Below, in pieces: positions 32,880-46,851 of a stretch of DNA of 64,000 nucleotides. The DNA lies in NCBI RefSeq assembly GCF_009914755.1, contig NC_060925.1; one strand, given 5' to 3'. This DNA comes from the human T2T-CHM13v2.0 reference genome, Homo sapiens. Position 1 is the stretch's first letter. Each line of letters starts with the position of its first letter. Made by a program: the position numbers and the translations under genes. The notes beneath the pieces were generated by a model. The model made no database searches and was not told where the DNA came from. It saw only the letters and a program-made list of their open reading frames with translations.

Positions 32880-33337
32880 CTAAGTAGAATGGACAATTCT
32901 ATAAGCAATTTCACCACACCAGTGAAAAATTTTTGAAAAGAAGTACAAATAACTTTTACTTTTGTGTTTTCAGCTGTTCATCCCATCTCTGTCAGCAAGT
33001 TTTCTTCATGGCAAAATACATTTTGTGTTTGTGGATCCATTCTTTTTGTTCTGTTCTTGAATAAAAATCAATGACATAATTTGACTACTTAAAATCACTG
33101 TTTCCATAGTATAGTTGGTTTTAAACATTCCCTAAAGTTTGACTATAAAATAACTATTTCCCCAAACAGTTTATTTGAAATCCTTGGGTTGCCCACCCAA
33201 AATAGGCACAAAATAAATGAAGAGGCTGCTGGAGGATTGGGAGGAGGAGTGGAGAATCTATCACATATAAATCTACCCCATGGAAGTAATTTGGATGGGG
33301 GAGGTGGTGGTAATATGTAATAATCAAATCTGTTTCC

Positions 33338-33340
<3 letters not shown>

Positions 33341-33378
<38 letters not shown>
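33341..33378. repeat. (AC)19 microsatellite
   Basis: Seen directly. Confidence 0.95.
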
Positions 33379-33381
<3 letters not shown>

Positions 33382-33654
33382 TCCAGACCAATTTATACAA
33401 CTCTTTTCATTGCTATTTGATTGGGAAGAGAAAAGGAAGGGAGAGAGAGAATGGGGAGGAAAACAAGGATAAGGACAGGAAGGTAGAAAAGTAGGGTTGT
33501 AAGGAGAAGGTCTGGTGAGGCAGGTGGAGGAGTAATACAGAGAGGGGCATTTGCTTTAGCACTGATGGAGAGCAAACTACCACCCAAATACCATCTCCGG
33601 GAAGTCTTTTCTGACCCCTCCTCCTGACTCACTGGCATATCCCCTTTATTAGCC

Positions 33655-34157
33655 ATCTATTACTATTTAACAAATTAACTCAAAACTATCTCACACAGTT
33701 TCTGAGTGTTGAGAATCCAGGAGCATTTTAGTGGAATCATTGTGGCTCAATCTTTCATGAGGCTATTGGCTGGGCTGCAATCTATTCAAGGCTTGACAAA
33801 GACTGGAGGATTTGTCTCCAATATGGCTCACTGACATAGCTCTTGGCAGGCAACCTCAGTTCTTTAGCAAGTGGGTCCCTTCATAGGCCTTTTGATTATC
33901 CCAATATGGCAGCATGATTTCCCGGGGCTGGGGTGTACTTCCAGAAAGAGTAAGAGGGAAGCTGCAATGCCTTTTATGGCCTACTCTCCGGTGACCATGT
34001 TATGGATGCTATCTCTTATGCCTTTTAAAATTCTTTGGAATTGTGTTCCAATTCTTTTCTCTGGGAGGTCCAGCCCATGTTCAAAGGAAGAGGAATCAGG
34101 CTCCACCTTTTGAAGAGAATATCAAATGATTTGTAGACATATTTTGAACCATCACAT
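33655..34157 (-). mobile_element. MLT1 (F-like) LTR
   Basis: Same motif series as 6820-7610 (ctggaggat, cctcagttc, ggctccacct...aaccatcaca). Confidence 0.7.
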
Positions 34158-35029
34158 CACTTACACTGCCTGGGCTGACAGAGAGGTCCTGAGCTCTTGT
34201 GTGGTATAGTAGCATAATTTACAATATCAGTTCTCAGCCCATCAGTCTTTTATTCAATTCATAATAAAAACTGCTAGTAGAAATAATCCCTATGAAATAA
34301 AAAGGACAATGGCCCAGATTGCGTAAAGTAAAAGTTGTAATAGATAAAAAGTTTTGCTTGGAGAATCACATCTTTTTAACAAAATTAGAGCTACAAAAAT
34401 GTGACTGAAAACTGAACTTGTTAAAATAATGGCCGAAAAAGAAAATTTATGATAGCAAAAGCTCTTGCTGTTAGAATTTGATGTGGACAAAAAAAGTTGT
34501 GCAATACAATAAAATCTTTATTGTAAATTGACATGGAACATAACTAATCCCAATAAAAATATTCTCAGTAAAACAGCAAAAGAAAATGAAAAAATCAGAA
34601 TAGTTTAACTGCAGAGTAGAGAAAATTGATAAAATAAACTAGCCTAATGGTGCTCACCCTAAAAACACTATCTTCACAATCAACCTATTTGGTAAAATTC
34701 TGATTTAAACACTTGTGTTAGTATAGAGAGCTAAAATGTTCTTGAGATCAAAACAGAGGAGTCCAAATATCTCTGGAGACAAAATGTCTGTATCAACACG
34801 TTTATTCATTTATTACATGAATATTTATGTATTCAGTTGTATAGCCTTTTGGGTGGGGGTGGCAGTGGAATAAGGGCTTTCCTAAGGTTGACATCTAAGG
34901 CAGAAATTGTAAAAGATTGATAGACTTGACCACAGAAGAACAAATGCAACCCAAAATGCTAACACTAACATTAAAAGAGAAATGATCAACTTGGAAAAAT
35001 TACTGCATTTTATAGACAAAGAATTGATA

Positions 35030-35325
35030 GGCTTGGTGTGGTGACTCATGCCTGTAATTCCAGCACTTTGGGAGGCCGAAGCGGGAGGATCACGAGGTCA
35101 AGAGATTGAGACCGTCCTGGCCAACATGGTGAAACCCCATCTCTACTAAAAATATAAAAATTAGCTGGGTGTGGTGGTGCACGCCTGTAGTCCCAGCTAC
35201 TTGGGAGGCTGAGGCAGGAGAATCACTTTAACCCAGGACACAGGGGTTGCACTGAGCCGAGATCGTGCCACCGGACTCCAGCCTGGCGATGGAGCAAGAC
35301 TCCATCTTAAAAAAAATAATAAAAA
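35030..35325 (+). mobile_element. Alu (Sc-like)
   Basis: Alu consensus. Confidence 0.93.
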
Positions 35326-35868
35326 AGAAGAGTTGATAAACAAATTTATGCACATCTAAGAATAATCAGTGAGGTAGGCAAAAATGTATGTTCAAGGGTA
35401 TTCTTTATGGTGTCACACTATTATTCCATAAAAACAAAAATCTAGAAAGAATGAACATATCCTTAACAGAGGCTTGGTTAAAATAAGAAATAAAAGGATG
35501 TATCTCTATAATGAAATTCTATTATGCATTAAAATTATGTTTTAGGTGAACATTTACCAATATCAAATGATAGAAATAATATTGTTTTATGAAAGAAGTT
35601 ATAAATGGGATGTACAATATGATACCATTTGGGCACAAAATGAATGGAAAGATATACAAAGGGTATCTGTAGATAATGAAATTATAGATGTTTATTTCCT
35701 CCATTTGCTTTTCTTTTTTAAATTAAATAAATGAATATAGATTGCTTTCATTATTAGAAAAACTGTGATTTTTTTAAGTATAAAAAATACACTCAATTGT
35801 AATTAGAAGGCTGTCTAGCTTTATTTGTAGTCTTGATGTAGGGTTCTTTAAATTATTTATACTGTTTT

Positions 35869-36197
35869 TGGCCAGGCACAGTAGCTCATGCCTGTAATCC
35901 TAGAACTCTGGGAGGCCGAGGCGGGAGGATTGCTTGAGCCCAGGAGTTTGAGACCAGCCTGGGCAACAAGTGAGATCCTCGTCTCTAAAAAAACAAACAA
36001 AAAAGAAAAACAAAAAAACAAACAAACACAAAAAATTAGCTGGGCATGGTAGCTTGTGCCTGTGGTCCCAGCTGCTCAGGAGGCTGAGGTGGGAGGATCA
36101 CTTAAGCTTGGGAGGTTGAGGCTGCAGTGAGCTGTGACTGCACCGCTGCACTACAGCCTGGGCAACAGAGTAGGCCTCTGTCTCAAAAAAAAAAAAA
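35869..36197 (+). mobile_element. Alu (J-type) with expanded middle A-rich linker
   Basis: TSD atttatactgtttt. Confidence 0.93.
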
Positions 36198-38690
36198 TCA
36201 TTTATACTGTTTTTCCTCTTCCTGATGAAAAAAATAACATACTTTTAAAAAAAGAAGCTGGCTAAGATTTGGGTACAGGCTGTAGCTATTACCACCCCCT
36301 GTTCAACCCTGCCCCCACAGTCCACGTTTCCACTCCAGTTTCCCATTCCTACCCTCACTCTGAAAAGTTAACCTGACTAGCCAAGTGGCTGATGGAAGGT
36401 AAACAATAAAATTTATTTGAAGCAAAGTAAAAAGTTAAATGATTACGGTATACAACCTGCTTGGACCAATCCCTTTATGTGAATATGAATGTAAACATAC
36501 AAGGCTTGGTAAGGGAATAATGGTTTACTATTAGCACACATCCAGGCAGTTCTTCAATTTCCAGTTCTAGTTATAAATAAATAAAAATTTCCTAATTTAG
36601 AAATGGTTGTTATTCTGAATTGTATTTCAAATGGCTGTAATTATTCTGGATTGTGTTCACTAATTTCATGTAACAAAAAATGTTTTAAAATACAGTAAGA
36701 AAAAAGAGAGAAAAAATACAGTAAGAAAGGGGCTTAAGCAGATTTTAAATGGATTAGTAAAAGCACTAGAGTATTTCTTCTATTTTTAAAGAAATCTTTT
36801 ATTTTGGATTTGTGAAGGACTAGGTCAGCACATTTTTAACCCACTAGGCTTTGTTGTTGTTGCTGTTGCTTTTCTTTTCTTTCCAATTCCAGCTTTCATT
36901 TTGAATAATCTAAAAGTAAAGTGTTTCTCATATGGCAAAAGTAACATTCTGAGCTATCTAAATTCTATAAAGAATATCATTTTGGATGCCACAAGCTTTT
37001 GCCTTTTCAAATTCTCGACGTCAAGCTATAATTTTCCTCTTCCAGTTTTATCCAGAACCTTTAAATTAACAGCATAAGAAAGTAAACAGGAAGTTACATT
37101 TCTCTGATGTAGAAAATTAGGAGGAAGATGGGGAACAGATGAGAAAGCTAAATCAGGGAAGGACGCCACCATGTTTTGTTTCTGTTAATCAAATCATATA
37201 TTCAAAATCCTCCTAGTATCCTAACTAAAAAGATGAAGTATCAAAAAGAAGTGTAATATATTTTTCCAGCTGTCCATAGGTCATAATGAAAGGAAGAAAA
37301 AGACCATTTCCTCTGATGCACTGATGATTCAAAATCTATTTAAAAAGAGGTCCATGAAAGTTAAAGCATAGCTCCTAACTAATGTTTCAAAGGAAGATTT
37401 GATTTATATTTTTAGAGATTTAAAAAGAAAGAAAATTTAGCCCATATGCCACGACTAGTTCAAATACCAACATATTTGAAACGACAACAATGACTGTTTC
37501 CATAGCAAATATGAAACACAAAGATAACAGATTTTTGCTTTGTTTTTCTGAATGCTATTAGGAGCCAGTTTTGTTAAAGAAGCAATCAGGACTAAGTCAC
37601 TTATTTTGGTTAATTAGAGCGATGACCTCCACACTCTGGGATTTCACAATGCAACCAAGTTTCTTAAATGAATAAATGAATTGGAGAGAAGTGAATATAA
37701 AGGTATTAACTTTTTCATTTTACTAAAGGAGACTACACAAAAGCTCAATTAGTATCTACAACCACTATCATTTCATAAGAGAAAGGACATTTTAACAGAA
37801 AAAAAGCAGAAAGAAAATTATAATTAAAAAATAGTCATTCAGAGGAAAAAAATCAGGTGTATTAAAAAATCACTACATTTTCTCAGAATAAATTTTAATA
37901 AAACATAATAGCTTTGTGTTTAGGAACCACTGGGAACCACTTGGTATAGCATTAAGGAGATCAACTTTCCATCTTTAATTCCCATATAAGCTAGTCAAGT
38001 TATATTGATATATTTCATGGCCCTAGAATGTGTGTTAGTATGTATTTTTTTGTTACCTGCTAATTCACTGATTCTTTCCTCTATTCAAGAAATACTTGCT
38101 GTGGTCTATTATATATTAAGCACTGCTAGTGAAGCAGAATAAGATTGTCTTTTCCTTTATGGAACACAGAAAGAATTACAATTCAAGACAAAACATACCA
38201 CAAGAGAGCACAGATATATCAGGGACCCAAGAGTGGGGCAGGGAAAGCTTTATGGAAGAGGGGGCATTAAAATCATTATTGAAAGATGAGAAGATTTCCA
38301 TAGCACATGTTGGGCTCATGAAGGGCATTATAGAGAAAGGTTAACAAAGGCCAAACCAATAAGCCTTAAAAAGACTTAAATATGTTGAAGGTCCTTAGAG
38401 CCGTTTGGCTGGATATATACAGGAGGATACTAGGGAAATATGAATGTAAAGATAGGATATGTTGTAGAGGATCTTCAAAGTCAAGACAAATGTTTATATC
38501 TGGTAAGCAATGCATAGCCACCAAGCTGTTGAGTGAGAAGTTGAGTTCAAGTGCAGGAAAGATTCCTGAACTTGAATTCAGGAACCATGAGTTTGAGCAT
38601 CGGTTCTGCTCTTTATCATAAAATCTTAAGGAACTTCCTCAGTCTTTCTGAGCCTCCATTTTTCATGTATAAAATTAGGCTAATCTCTAT

Positions 38691-39066
38691 TGTTTTAAAA
38701 AACATTTAGACAAATGCAATTTAGCAGAGTTTATTTGAACAAACAAATAATTCATGAATCAGGGCAACACCCTAAATCCTTAAAGGTCCACAGAGTTCCA
38801 CTCAGCAATGTGGGCAAGCAGTATTTATAGACAGAAAAAAAAAGTGACATACAGAAATAACCTGATTGGTTGCAGCTTGGAGTTTGCTTTATTTGGACAT
38901 GTCTGAGCCTATTGCAGCTTATGATTGGCCGAAAGCTTGGTGGCTGTGATTGGTTGAGATTCAGTTACTTGTTACAAGAATATACTCTCAAGTTAGATAG
39001 CAGTTTATGTACTAAATTAGGTTGCAGTTTGCTGTGTATGGAGGCAGCCTTGGGCCAAATTTAACA
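38691..39066 (-). mobile_element. MER57-family solo LTR (ERV1)
   Basis: Reverse-complement homologue of 21644-22024; 4-bp TSD ctat/ctac. Confidence 0.8.
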
Positions 39067-39199
39067 CTACGTTACATGCTATTTTACGATTAAATTAAAT
39101 AAGATTCAGTATGTGAAAGGCCTAGTACAATCTCAGACACATGGTCTGAAGTCCCTAAAGTTTGCTGACTGTGGATATTTGTTGAATCCTCAAAGTTTG

Positions 39200-40170
39200 G
39201 TTTAGGAAGGTTAATGTGTTAACGTGTAAGTTCAAAAGAGAGAAACAGTAGGCGTATATGAGAGGAAATAAGACATTTGTGGGAATGGAAAAGAGTACAT
39301 GGAAGTGACAGACATTTGGATTGCTTGCATGGGGTGAGATGAGAGAAAGGGGGAGCTCAGGGATGACACATTTTAAGCAGAGAAGGGTGTCATTAGTAGA
39401 ATTTGGAAGATTGGGACTAGAAGCCAAGTAAGAGGGAAATCTCATGAGTTTGTTTTTGATATGCTGAATTTGAAATCCTAGGACTATATCTGGGTTAAAA
39501 CGCTCAACAAGCTTTAGGAAGCTACTCAGGAAAGGGATCAGGAGCTGAGATACAGATTGGGGAACCACCTCCATAGAGATGAGGGTTGAAGCCAGAAAGA
39601 GATCATTGAGCCAAGTTGGGGACAGTAAAGGACGGAGGTAAATAAGGATGGATGGAGTCGAGTAGCTGCCCTGCTGGGAAGGCAAACAAACAAAGGAGGT
39701 GAAAAGGGCAGCTGAAAAGGGATTCGAAAAGTGACAGTGAACCAGGTGCCTAAGGGAAGTCCCTGGAACCAGAGAGAGAAGATAGTTTTAAGAACTCCAG
39801 CCTGGGCAACATGGCAAAAACCCATCTCCACTAAAAATACAAAAATTAGCTGGGCGTGGTGGCGGGTGCCTGTAATCTCAGCTACTCGGGAGACTGAGGC
39901 AGGAGAATCACTTGAACCCAGGAGGCGGAGTTTGCGGTGAGCCGAGATGGTGCCACTGCACTCCAGCCTGGGTGATAGAGTGAGACTCCATCTCAAAAAA
40001 AAAAAAAAAAAAAAAGGAACAAAGGGACACTCATAAGAACTACAAGCTATAGAGGCCAAAGGAGAAGGAGCACAAAAGTCACGACAAGGAGTTGTAATAA
40101 CTTTTGTGAGAATAGTCTCAGTAGTATGGTGGGAGCAAAAGCCACATTGCTGGGAAAGATTGAAAAGGTT
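39200..40170 (-). mobile_element. L2 fragments interrupted by an Alu
   Basis: gagtttgtttttgatatgctgaatttgaaat, agtctcagtagtatggtggg..aagccacattg. Confidence 0.6.
39797..40016 (+). mobile_element. 5'-truncated Alu
   Basis: Alu consensus plus poly-A. Confidence 0.9.
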
Positions 40171-40250
40171 AGTTTCAGAAATATTATTAATTTATATTTT
40201 AAGTAAGTAAAAATGAGAAGGTGTGAGCCACCGCGCCCAGCCTCCTTCCA

Positions 40251-40486
40251 TTTTATTTATTTATTTATTTTTTATTATTATACTTTAAGTTCTAGGGTAC
40301 ATGTGCACAACATGCAGGTTAGTTACATATGCATACATGTGCCATGTTGGTGTGCTGCACCCATTAACTCGTCATTACATGAGGTATATCTCCTAATGAT
40401 ATCCCTCTCCCCTCCCCCCACCCCACAACAGGCCCCGGTGTGTGATGTTCCCCATCCTGTGTCCAAGTGTTCTCGTTCTTCAATTC
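40251..40486 (-). mobile_element. 5'-truncated L1PA 3' end (~235 bp)
   Basis: ttattatactttaagttctagggtacatgtgcacaac; TSD cctccttccRtttt. Confidence 0.92.
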
Positions 40487-42766
40487 CCTCCTTCCGTTTT
40501 TTATTTAGTCTCTACCTTAGCTGGAGGATCCCATTTTCTGCTGTTACCTCCCCTTGCCTTTCTATACAATCGTATCTTAAAACTTTCTGGAAATAAAAAA
40601 GTAACTACTGCTCTAAAGATTTAAATCCTGAATACTAGGCAGCGGACTGATTTAACTTTCAGTTATAACCTAGTAAAGTATGTAGATGTCATCCTCCTAT
40701 CATAGACTATTGGTAATAAGGGTACTTTAGAATGTGCCTGGTTCTATCTACCCTGTTGTTTTATTGCAGGGGAAACCTGAGAGGAGGGAGGTGGCACGTG
40801 TTTCCTCAAATCACATGGCAGATATAAAGAGCAGCACTGGAACCCAGAGTCCATCCTCCTAGCCTAGTGCTTTTTCTGTTACCTCCTAACACCCTGACCT
40901 GCCTTCAATGATGTTAAAAATAAAAGAAGCATTGCCCATTGTTGGAGGCTAAGGGTTCTTGGTTTAAGTAGGGGATTAATCAAGGAAAAATGTTTTAGGG
41001 GTCTGGGAAAATATGGTGCTGTACCTGGACACCTGAGAGCCGGGTTTCTCTGTTTGGTTCAGACACTGACTCACAGTGTGACTCTGGAAAGTTATGTGGC
41101 CTCCCGGTGTGTCAGTCATTCCAGCCACACACTTGGCATCATACTACGCAGGCCTCGCTAGAACTATTGTGAAGGTTGATGAGGTAATTCTTATAAAACT
41201 TTGCTAGCTATTCCAATGAAAGCCACGAGTGTATCTAGAAATGATAGACTGTCAGATATATAGCACAGACTCTTCTATCTCATGTTGGTTTATTAGAGGC
41301 GGCTATACTTCAACCAAGTGAACCTCTTATTGTCTTCAATTAGCTTAGCATTCTTTCTCCCCTCTTCACGCCCACCCTTGGCCATTCTTAACCTGGTTGA
41401 TTTGAAGTTTACTTATTCTAGTCCCTTGAGTTTCAAAGGAACGTAAGGTCTTCACCACTCAAAATTAAGTCTTCTGCCCCTTGGTTTCTCCAGCCACCAA
41501 ATGAGGATGATAATAGGGGCTGTGGTGGGGATTAAATAAGTTACTATAGGATCGGGACTGCTACATAGAGAGTGCCAATAACTGTTAGCTGCTATTAGTG
41601 TAACTTATTGAAAGTGAATGATAGTACATGTGTATATGCCTTCTATTTAAGAAAATAATGTGAAGTCCTACTTATAGTGCTTGCTGGTTTAGTACTTCTT
41701 TGCTTCTGAGGGGACACACTGAAGACGTCTATAGGTGAAGTCACAAGGCTTCTAACTTACGGAGATAAGGACATGACAATGAAGGAGAGCTGGGCTGCTC
41801 AGGCCAAAGGATTTCCAAGTTTTCTTACCAAAACTTTGCTTCTTCAGCTGTCTGTTTAACATCGCATCCTAGCACCCAGGGGCTCTATCAATACTGGCTG
41901 ATGAATGAATGAACTTATGAATCTATCAGACAGAGAAATAGAGGATCGCCATATGGAAGGAAGTCTGGCTGGCATTTTGAATTCTCCAGGAGAAAAGAGA
42001 GAAACATGTTTACAACAGAGAGAAGGAGGGCTGTCTGTGCGGGAATAAGGGTAACTGTTGCTCAATGAACTGAGCCCCTAGGCCTGGAGATAAAAAGTAG
42101 AGGGATAGCTGTGCAGTTGGACAAGCAGGTCCAGAGAACCACTGGGTTTTGTTCTGAACAAAGTCAGATATCTTAAGGGGAAGTGGAGAGCATTTCTTTT
42201 TGACAGTGATATTCTGCAGAGATTTCCAGGTTTTAAAAGGATCATTCTGAAGGTGACACAAAGAACACCCTATTAGAGTGTCTGTCTCCCTGAAAATGAA
42301 TCCTTCTTCTTTGTACTCAGGGTGTTTCCCTCTTAATAATAGCCTCCTACTATGACCCCAAGTTGTTTCACAGCCTCCCTGACAGTAAAAGCTGCTCATT
42401 GTTTAGGCATTTTGTTTTTTCCCATTCCTAAACACACTCCTTCCCAGTTGGGGTTCTAGTAATGCCATCTCTACTAAATGCATCACCATTGAATCAAGGG
42501 ACAAGTTGCAGCAACTTACTTTGTTTCCTTCTCTTCCTTGTCTTGTTCATTTAGGTTGAAATAGTTTTCAATGAAATCCAACAAGTATTTACCCAGCACC
42601 CATTGAGAGCAAACTACTGTGCTAGGTCACATGCAACATCAAGGTGATTAGGCATGATTTCTGGCCCTGAGAATCTTGTATTGGCTTGCAGATTATTATA
42701 ATGACTGGTAAAATGTTTCAGTATCTCTCTTCAACCTTTCTGGGCTATAGGTTCTTCCTAACATGA

Positions 42767-43746
<980 letters not shown>

Positions 43747-44189
43747 TAATAATTCCTACTTCATAAAATAGATATGGAAATTAGTTATCATATGAACATG
43801 CTTTGTGAGTTGTTATCTATCTGTTAATTTTATTAACCTCCATGTGATACAGCAAAGGGCCTTCCTTGCCCATGAGAAAAACCCTATTAATATTAATTAA
43901 ATTATTGGAAAAATTACATCAACCACCCTCTGGCATATTATTATTTTCAAATTCTTTTCATATCCCACATTGTTAGCAAGCCTCATCTGTTGTGTCCTAC
44001 TAGGTTTAAGGAGGAGTGTTTACAGGGATTAAACAGAAACAAAGGGACCTGCTTTTTGATGGAGCTGCCCTCTGCCTTTACTAGTTGTGCAGAATAAGAG
44101 TAATTAATTTTTTTTTCTGAGCCTTAGTTTTCTCATCTGTATAATGAAGATAATACAGGATTTTATAATGATTAAAATTAGATAATGCT

Positions 44190-44760
<571 letters not shown>

Positions 44761-45837
44761 CAACAATCACTTAAAAATAAAATTAGATAATGTATTAAAA
44801 TGAGACGTGAGGAGCTAGTGATTTAAGTAAGCTCAGTATGTGTTAACTTTGATAATATTCACATGTAGTCCATTAATTGAGCAATTATACTATGGGGCTG
44901 GGCACCGTATAGCTGCTGGAGATATACCCTGTCATCATGTCATCAATGGGAAAAACCGACAAGTAACTGATTATTGCCACACGATGTGACAGATGCTACG
45001 ACAGAAATAAGAACAGGGTGCTCCGGGAACAACAGGGGAGGCACCTGTGTGACAGCCCTGACTGGAAAGTTGTCAGCAGCTGTCAGGGAAGGCTTCATGG
45101 AGGAAGTGACTACTGTGGAGTTTGAAGGTGCAGTAGGAGTAAGCTGGGTGGACAGAGGAACCACCCTGAGCAAGGAGGTAGAGATCTGAGAAGGCATGCT
45201 CATTGAAGAAAATAGAGAGCAGTTCTGACAAAATGAAGCTATAAAGGCCTGTAGATGCCAGATCACAAAGGGCATTAGCTTGTTTTGTGAAAGAATTTAT
45301 GCTCTTTTCTGAGAGAATGGGGAGGCATTGTTGGACGTGTGCCCTCTCAGAGATAAAATTTAAGTGGAGAGCACTGAGTTAAGAAAATATCTCGATATCA
45401 TGAAATTAACACAGGTTTGGAGCCCCCACAGATCCTCAATCCTGGTTAAGTTCCATGTATGACCTAATCAACTCCACCTCTCTTTCGTGGACAATCAGCA
45501 ATGACATCTACCTCTCAGGATTATTGCGAGGGCTAAATGAGATAGTGCAGGTCAAGTTCGCTGCAAAGTGTGTGTCACATAATGAACATTTTAAGTAAAT
45601 ATCAACTCTTTTCGATGAAGCACTGTGTAAGTAGAATACGAAAGCTATTGCCAGGCCTCTCCCTCCTCCCTCCCTTCCTTTTCCTCTCTCAGCAGTGCAG
45701 GCAGCAGCAGCCAAAAGCCAGGGACGTGGAGGATGTCCACTGAAGCGAGTACTCCAGAGCGATGATTAAAAGGCAGCCGCCCCGAATCCCGGGCGCGGGC
45801 GGGGAGCGAGGCTGGGCATGCTCAGTGGGCCGGAGAC

Positions 45838-45890
45838 GGGAGGGAAGCGGGGAGGGGGCGGGGGCGGGGGCGGGGGTTGGGGGGGGTGGG
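45838..45890 (+). promoter_or_regulatory. Tandem GC boxes (Sp/KLF) within a G-run tract with G-quadruplex potential
   Basis: gggagggaagcggggagggggcgggggcgggggcgggggttggggggggtggg: three overlapping GGGGCGGGG and more than four G3+ runs. Confidence 0.8.
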
Positions 45891-45906
45891 TCGGAGCCGC
45901 GCGAAG

Positions 45907-45921
45907 GCGCATGCTCAGTCT
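45907..45921 (+). promoter_or_regulatory. NRF1-like site abutting an initiator (TCAGTCT); likely TSS near 45917
   Basis: GCGCATGCTC followed by TCA+1GTCT (YYANWYY) just downstream of the GC boxes; the TSS position is inferred. Confidence 0.55.
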
Positions 45922-46400
45922 CCGCATCTGCTCCTTCATCCAGTGCCGCAGCCGGAAAACCGCAGCGGCGGCGGCGGCGGCTGAGGGGGAACGATCCAGC
46001 GAGCTGCAGAAAGGGGGGCAGGAAAAAATTACAAGGACATTACTGATAAGACAGGAACTGAGAGCTTGGGATTCGCGGCCTCTCCCCGGCCACCACCTTC
46101 GCCGTCAGCAAGGGAGGAAGACCCGGGAGACGGCAGCGGCGACGGCGGCAGGGGAAGGAGGAGACGGCGACGGGAGGGAGCACAGAGGAGGGGACGGGCC
46201 GGCGGCGGCCTGTGAGCCGCAGTGATTTTGACGTTTTCCGCTGCTGCGTCTCCGGCGGGCAGGGGCCGGGCTGCGCTGGGTGGGCCAGCTCGCCCCGCGC
46301 TTCCCCCTCGTCCTGCTCGTCCCTCCGCCCACCCGGGGCCTGAGGGGTCTCCCCGCTCCGAGGGAAGGGGAGAGGGAGGCGAGGGCGTGCGGGCATCGCG

Positions 46401-46427
46401 ATGGCGGGGACATTTTCCACAACGTGA
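46401..46427 (+). other. uORF1, MAGTFSTT*
   Basis: gcgATGG strong Kozak context; TGA at 46425-46427. Confidence 0.55.
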
Positions 46428-46634
46428 TTGTTGAAGGCTCCCCCCATCCCCCCTCCCTTAAAATTCCGGGCCCTTCCAGCCTCCACCCTCCCCCAAGCCC
46501 GTGTGACTAAACCGAGACAAAGGGGAGGCGGCCTCGCTCACACGCGGGCTCGCGGGGCGGGTGGCTCGGAGGGGCGCGGGCACGGGGCGGACCTCGCGCG
46601 GACGGACGGACGGAGACGGCGCCGCCACATTCCT

Positions 46635-46706
46635 ATGCCCGGGAGCGGCGGCGGCGGCGGCGGCGGCTCCCGCGGGAGGCGGCAGGCGCGCGGCGCGGAC
46701 AGCTGA
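46635..46706 (+). other. uORF2, MPGSGGGGGGGSRGRRQARGADS* (GGC repeat read as polyGly)
   Basis: ATG at 46635 in weak context (cctATGC); (GGC)7 in the Gly frame; TGA ends at 46706. Confidence 0.55.
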
Positions 46707-46750
46707 GCTTCTCCTCCGTCGGCGCCCGGGCGGACATCGCCCGGGCCCCG

Positions 46751-46759
46751 ATGGTTTGA
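46751..46759 (+). other. uORF3, MV*
   Basis: ATG GTT TGA. Confidence 0.5.
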
Positions 46760-46806
46760 GCTTGCTTCTCCCTCCCTCCCGACCCCCGTGGTGGCGAGGC
46801 CACGCC

Positions 46807-46812
46807 ATGTGA
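46807..46812 (+). other. Start-stop uORF (ATGTGA)
   Basis: cacgccATGTGA, with 39 nt between it and the main ATG. Confidence 0.6.
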
Positions 46813-46851
46813 AGGTTAGGGCCGGGACATCCCGAGGAGCCGCGGTGAAAG

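Larger units (their letters stand above)
45917..46851 (+). other. CAMSAP2: Probable long GC-rich 5' UTR of CAMSAP2 with four uAUGs and two short GGC repeats
   Basis: Lies between the inferred initiator and the main ATG; uATGs at 46401, 46635, 46751, 46807; (GGC)5 at 45967-45981 and (GGC)7 at 46647-46667. Confidence 0.6.

Noticed and set aside
39155-39685. 176-aa minus-strand ORF, the longest in the track
   Set aside because: Lies in degraded L2; no domain similarity or splice structure recognised
45818-46225. 135-aa Gly/Ala-rich ORF and other overlapping ORFs in the CpG island
   Set aside because: It starts upstream of the inferred TSS, and stop-poor GC-rich DNA yields ORFs in all frames; no recognisable protein
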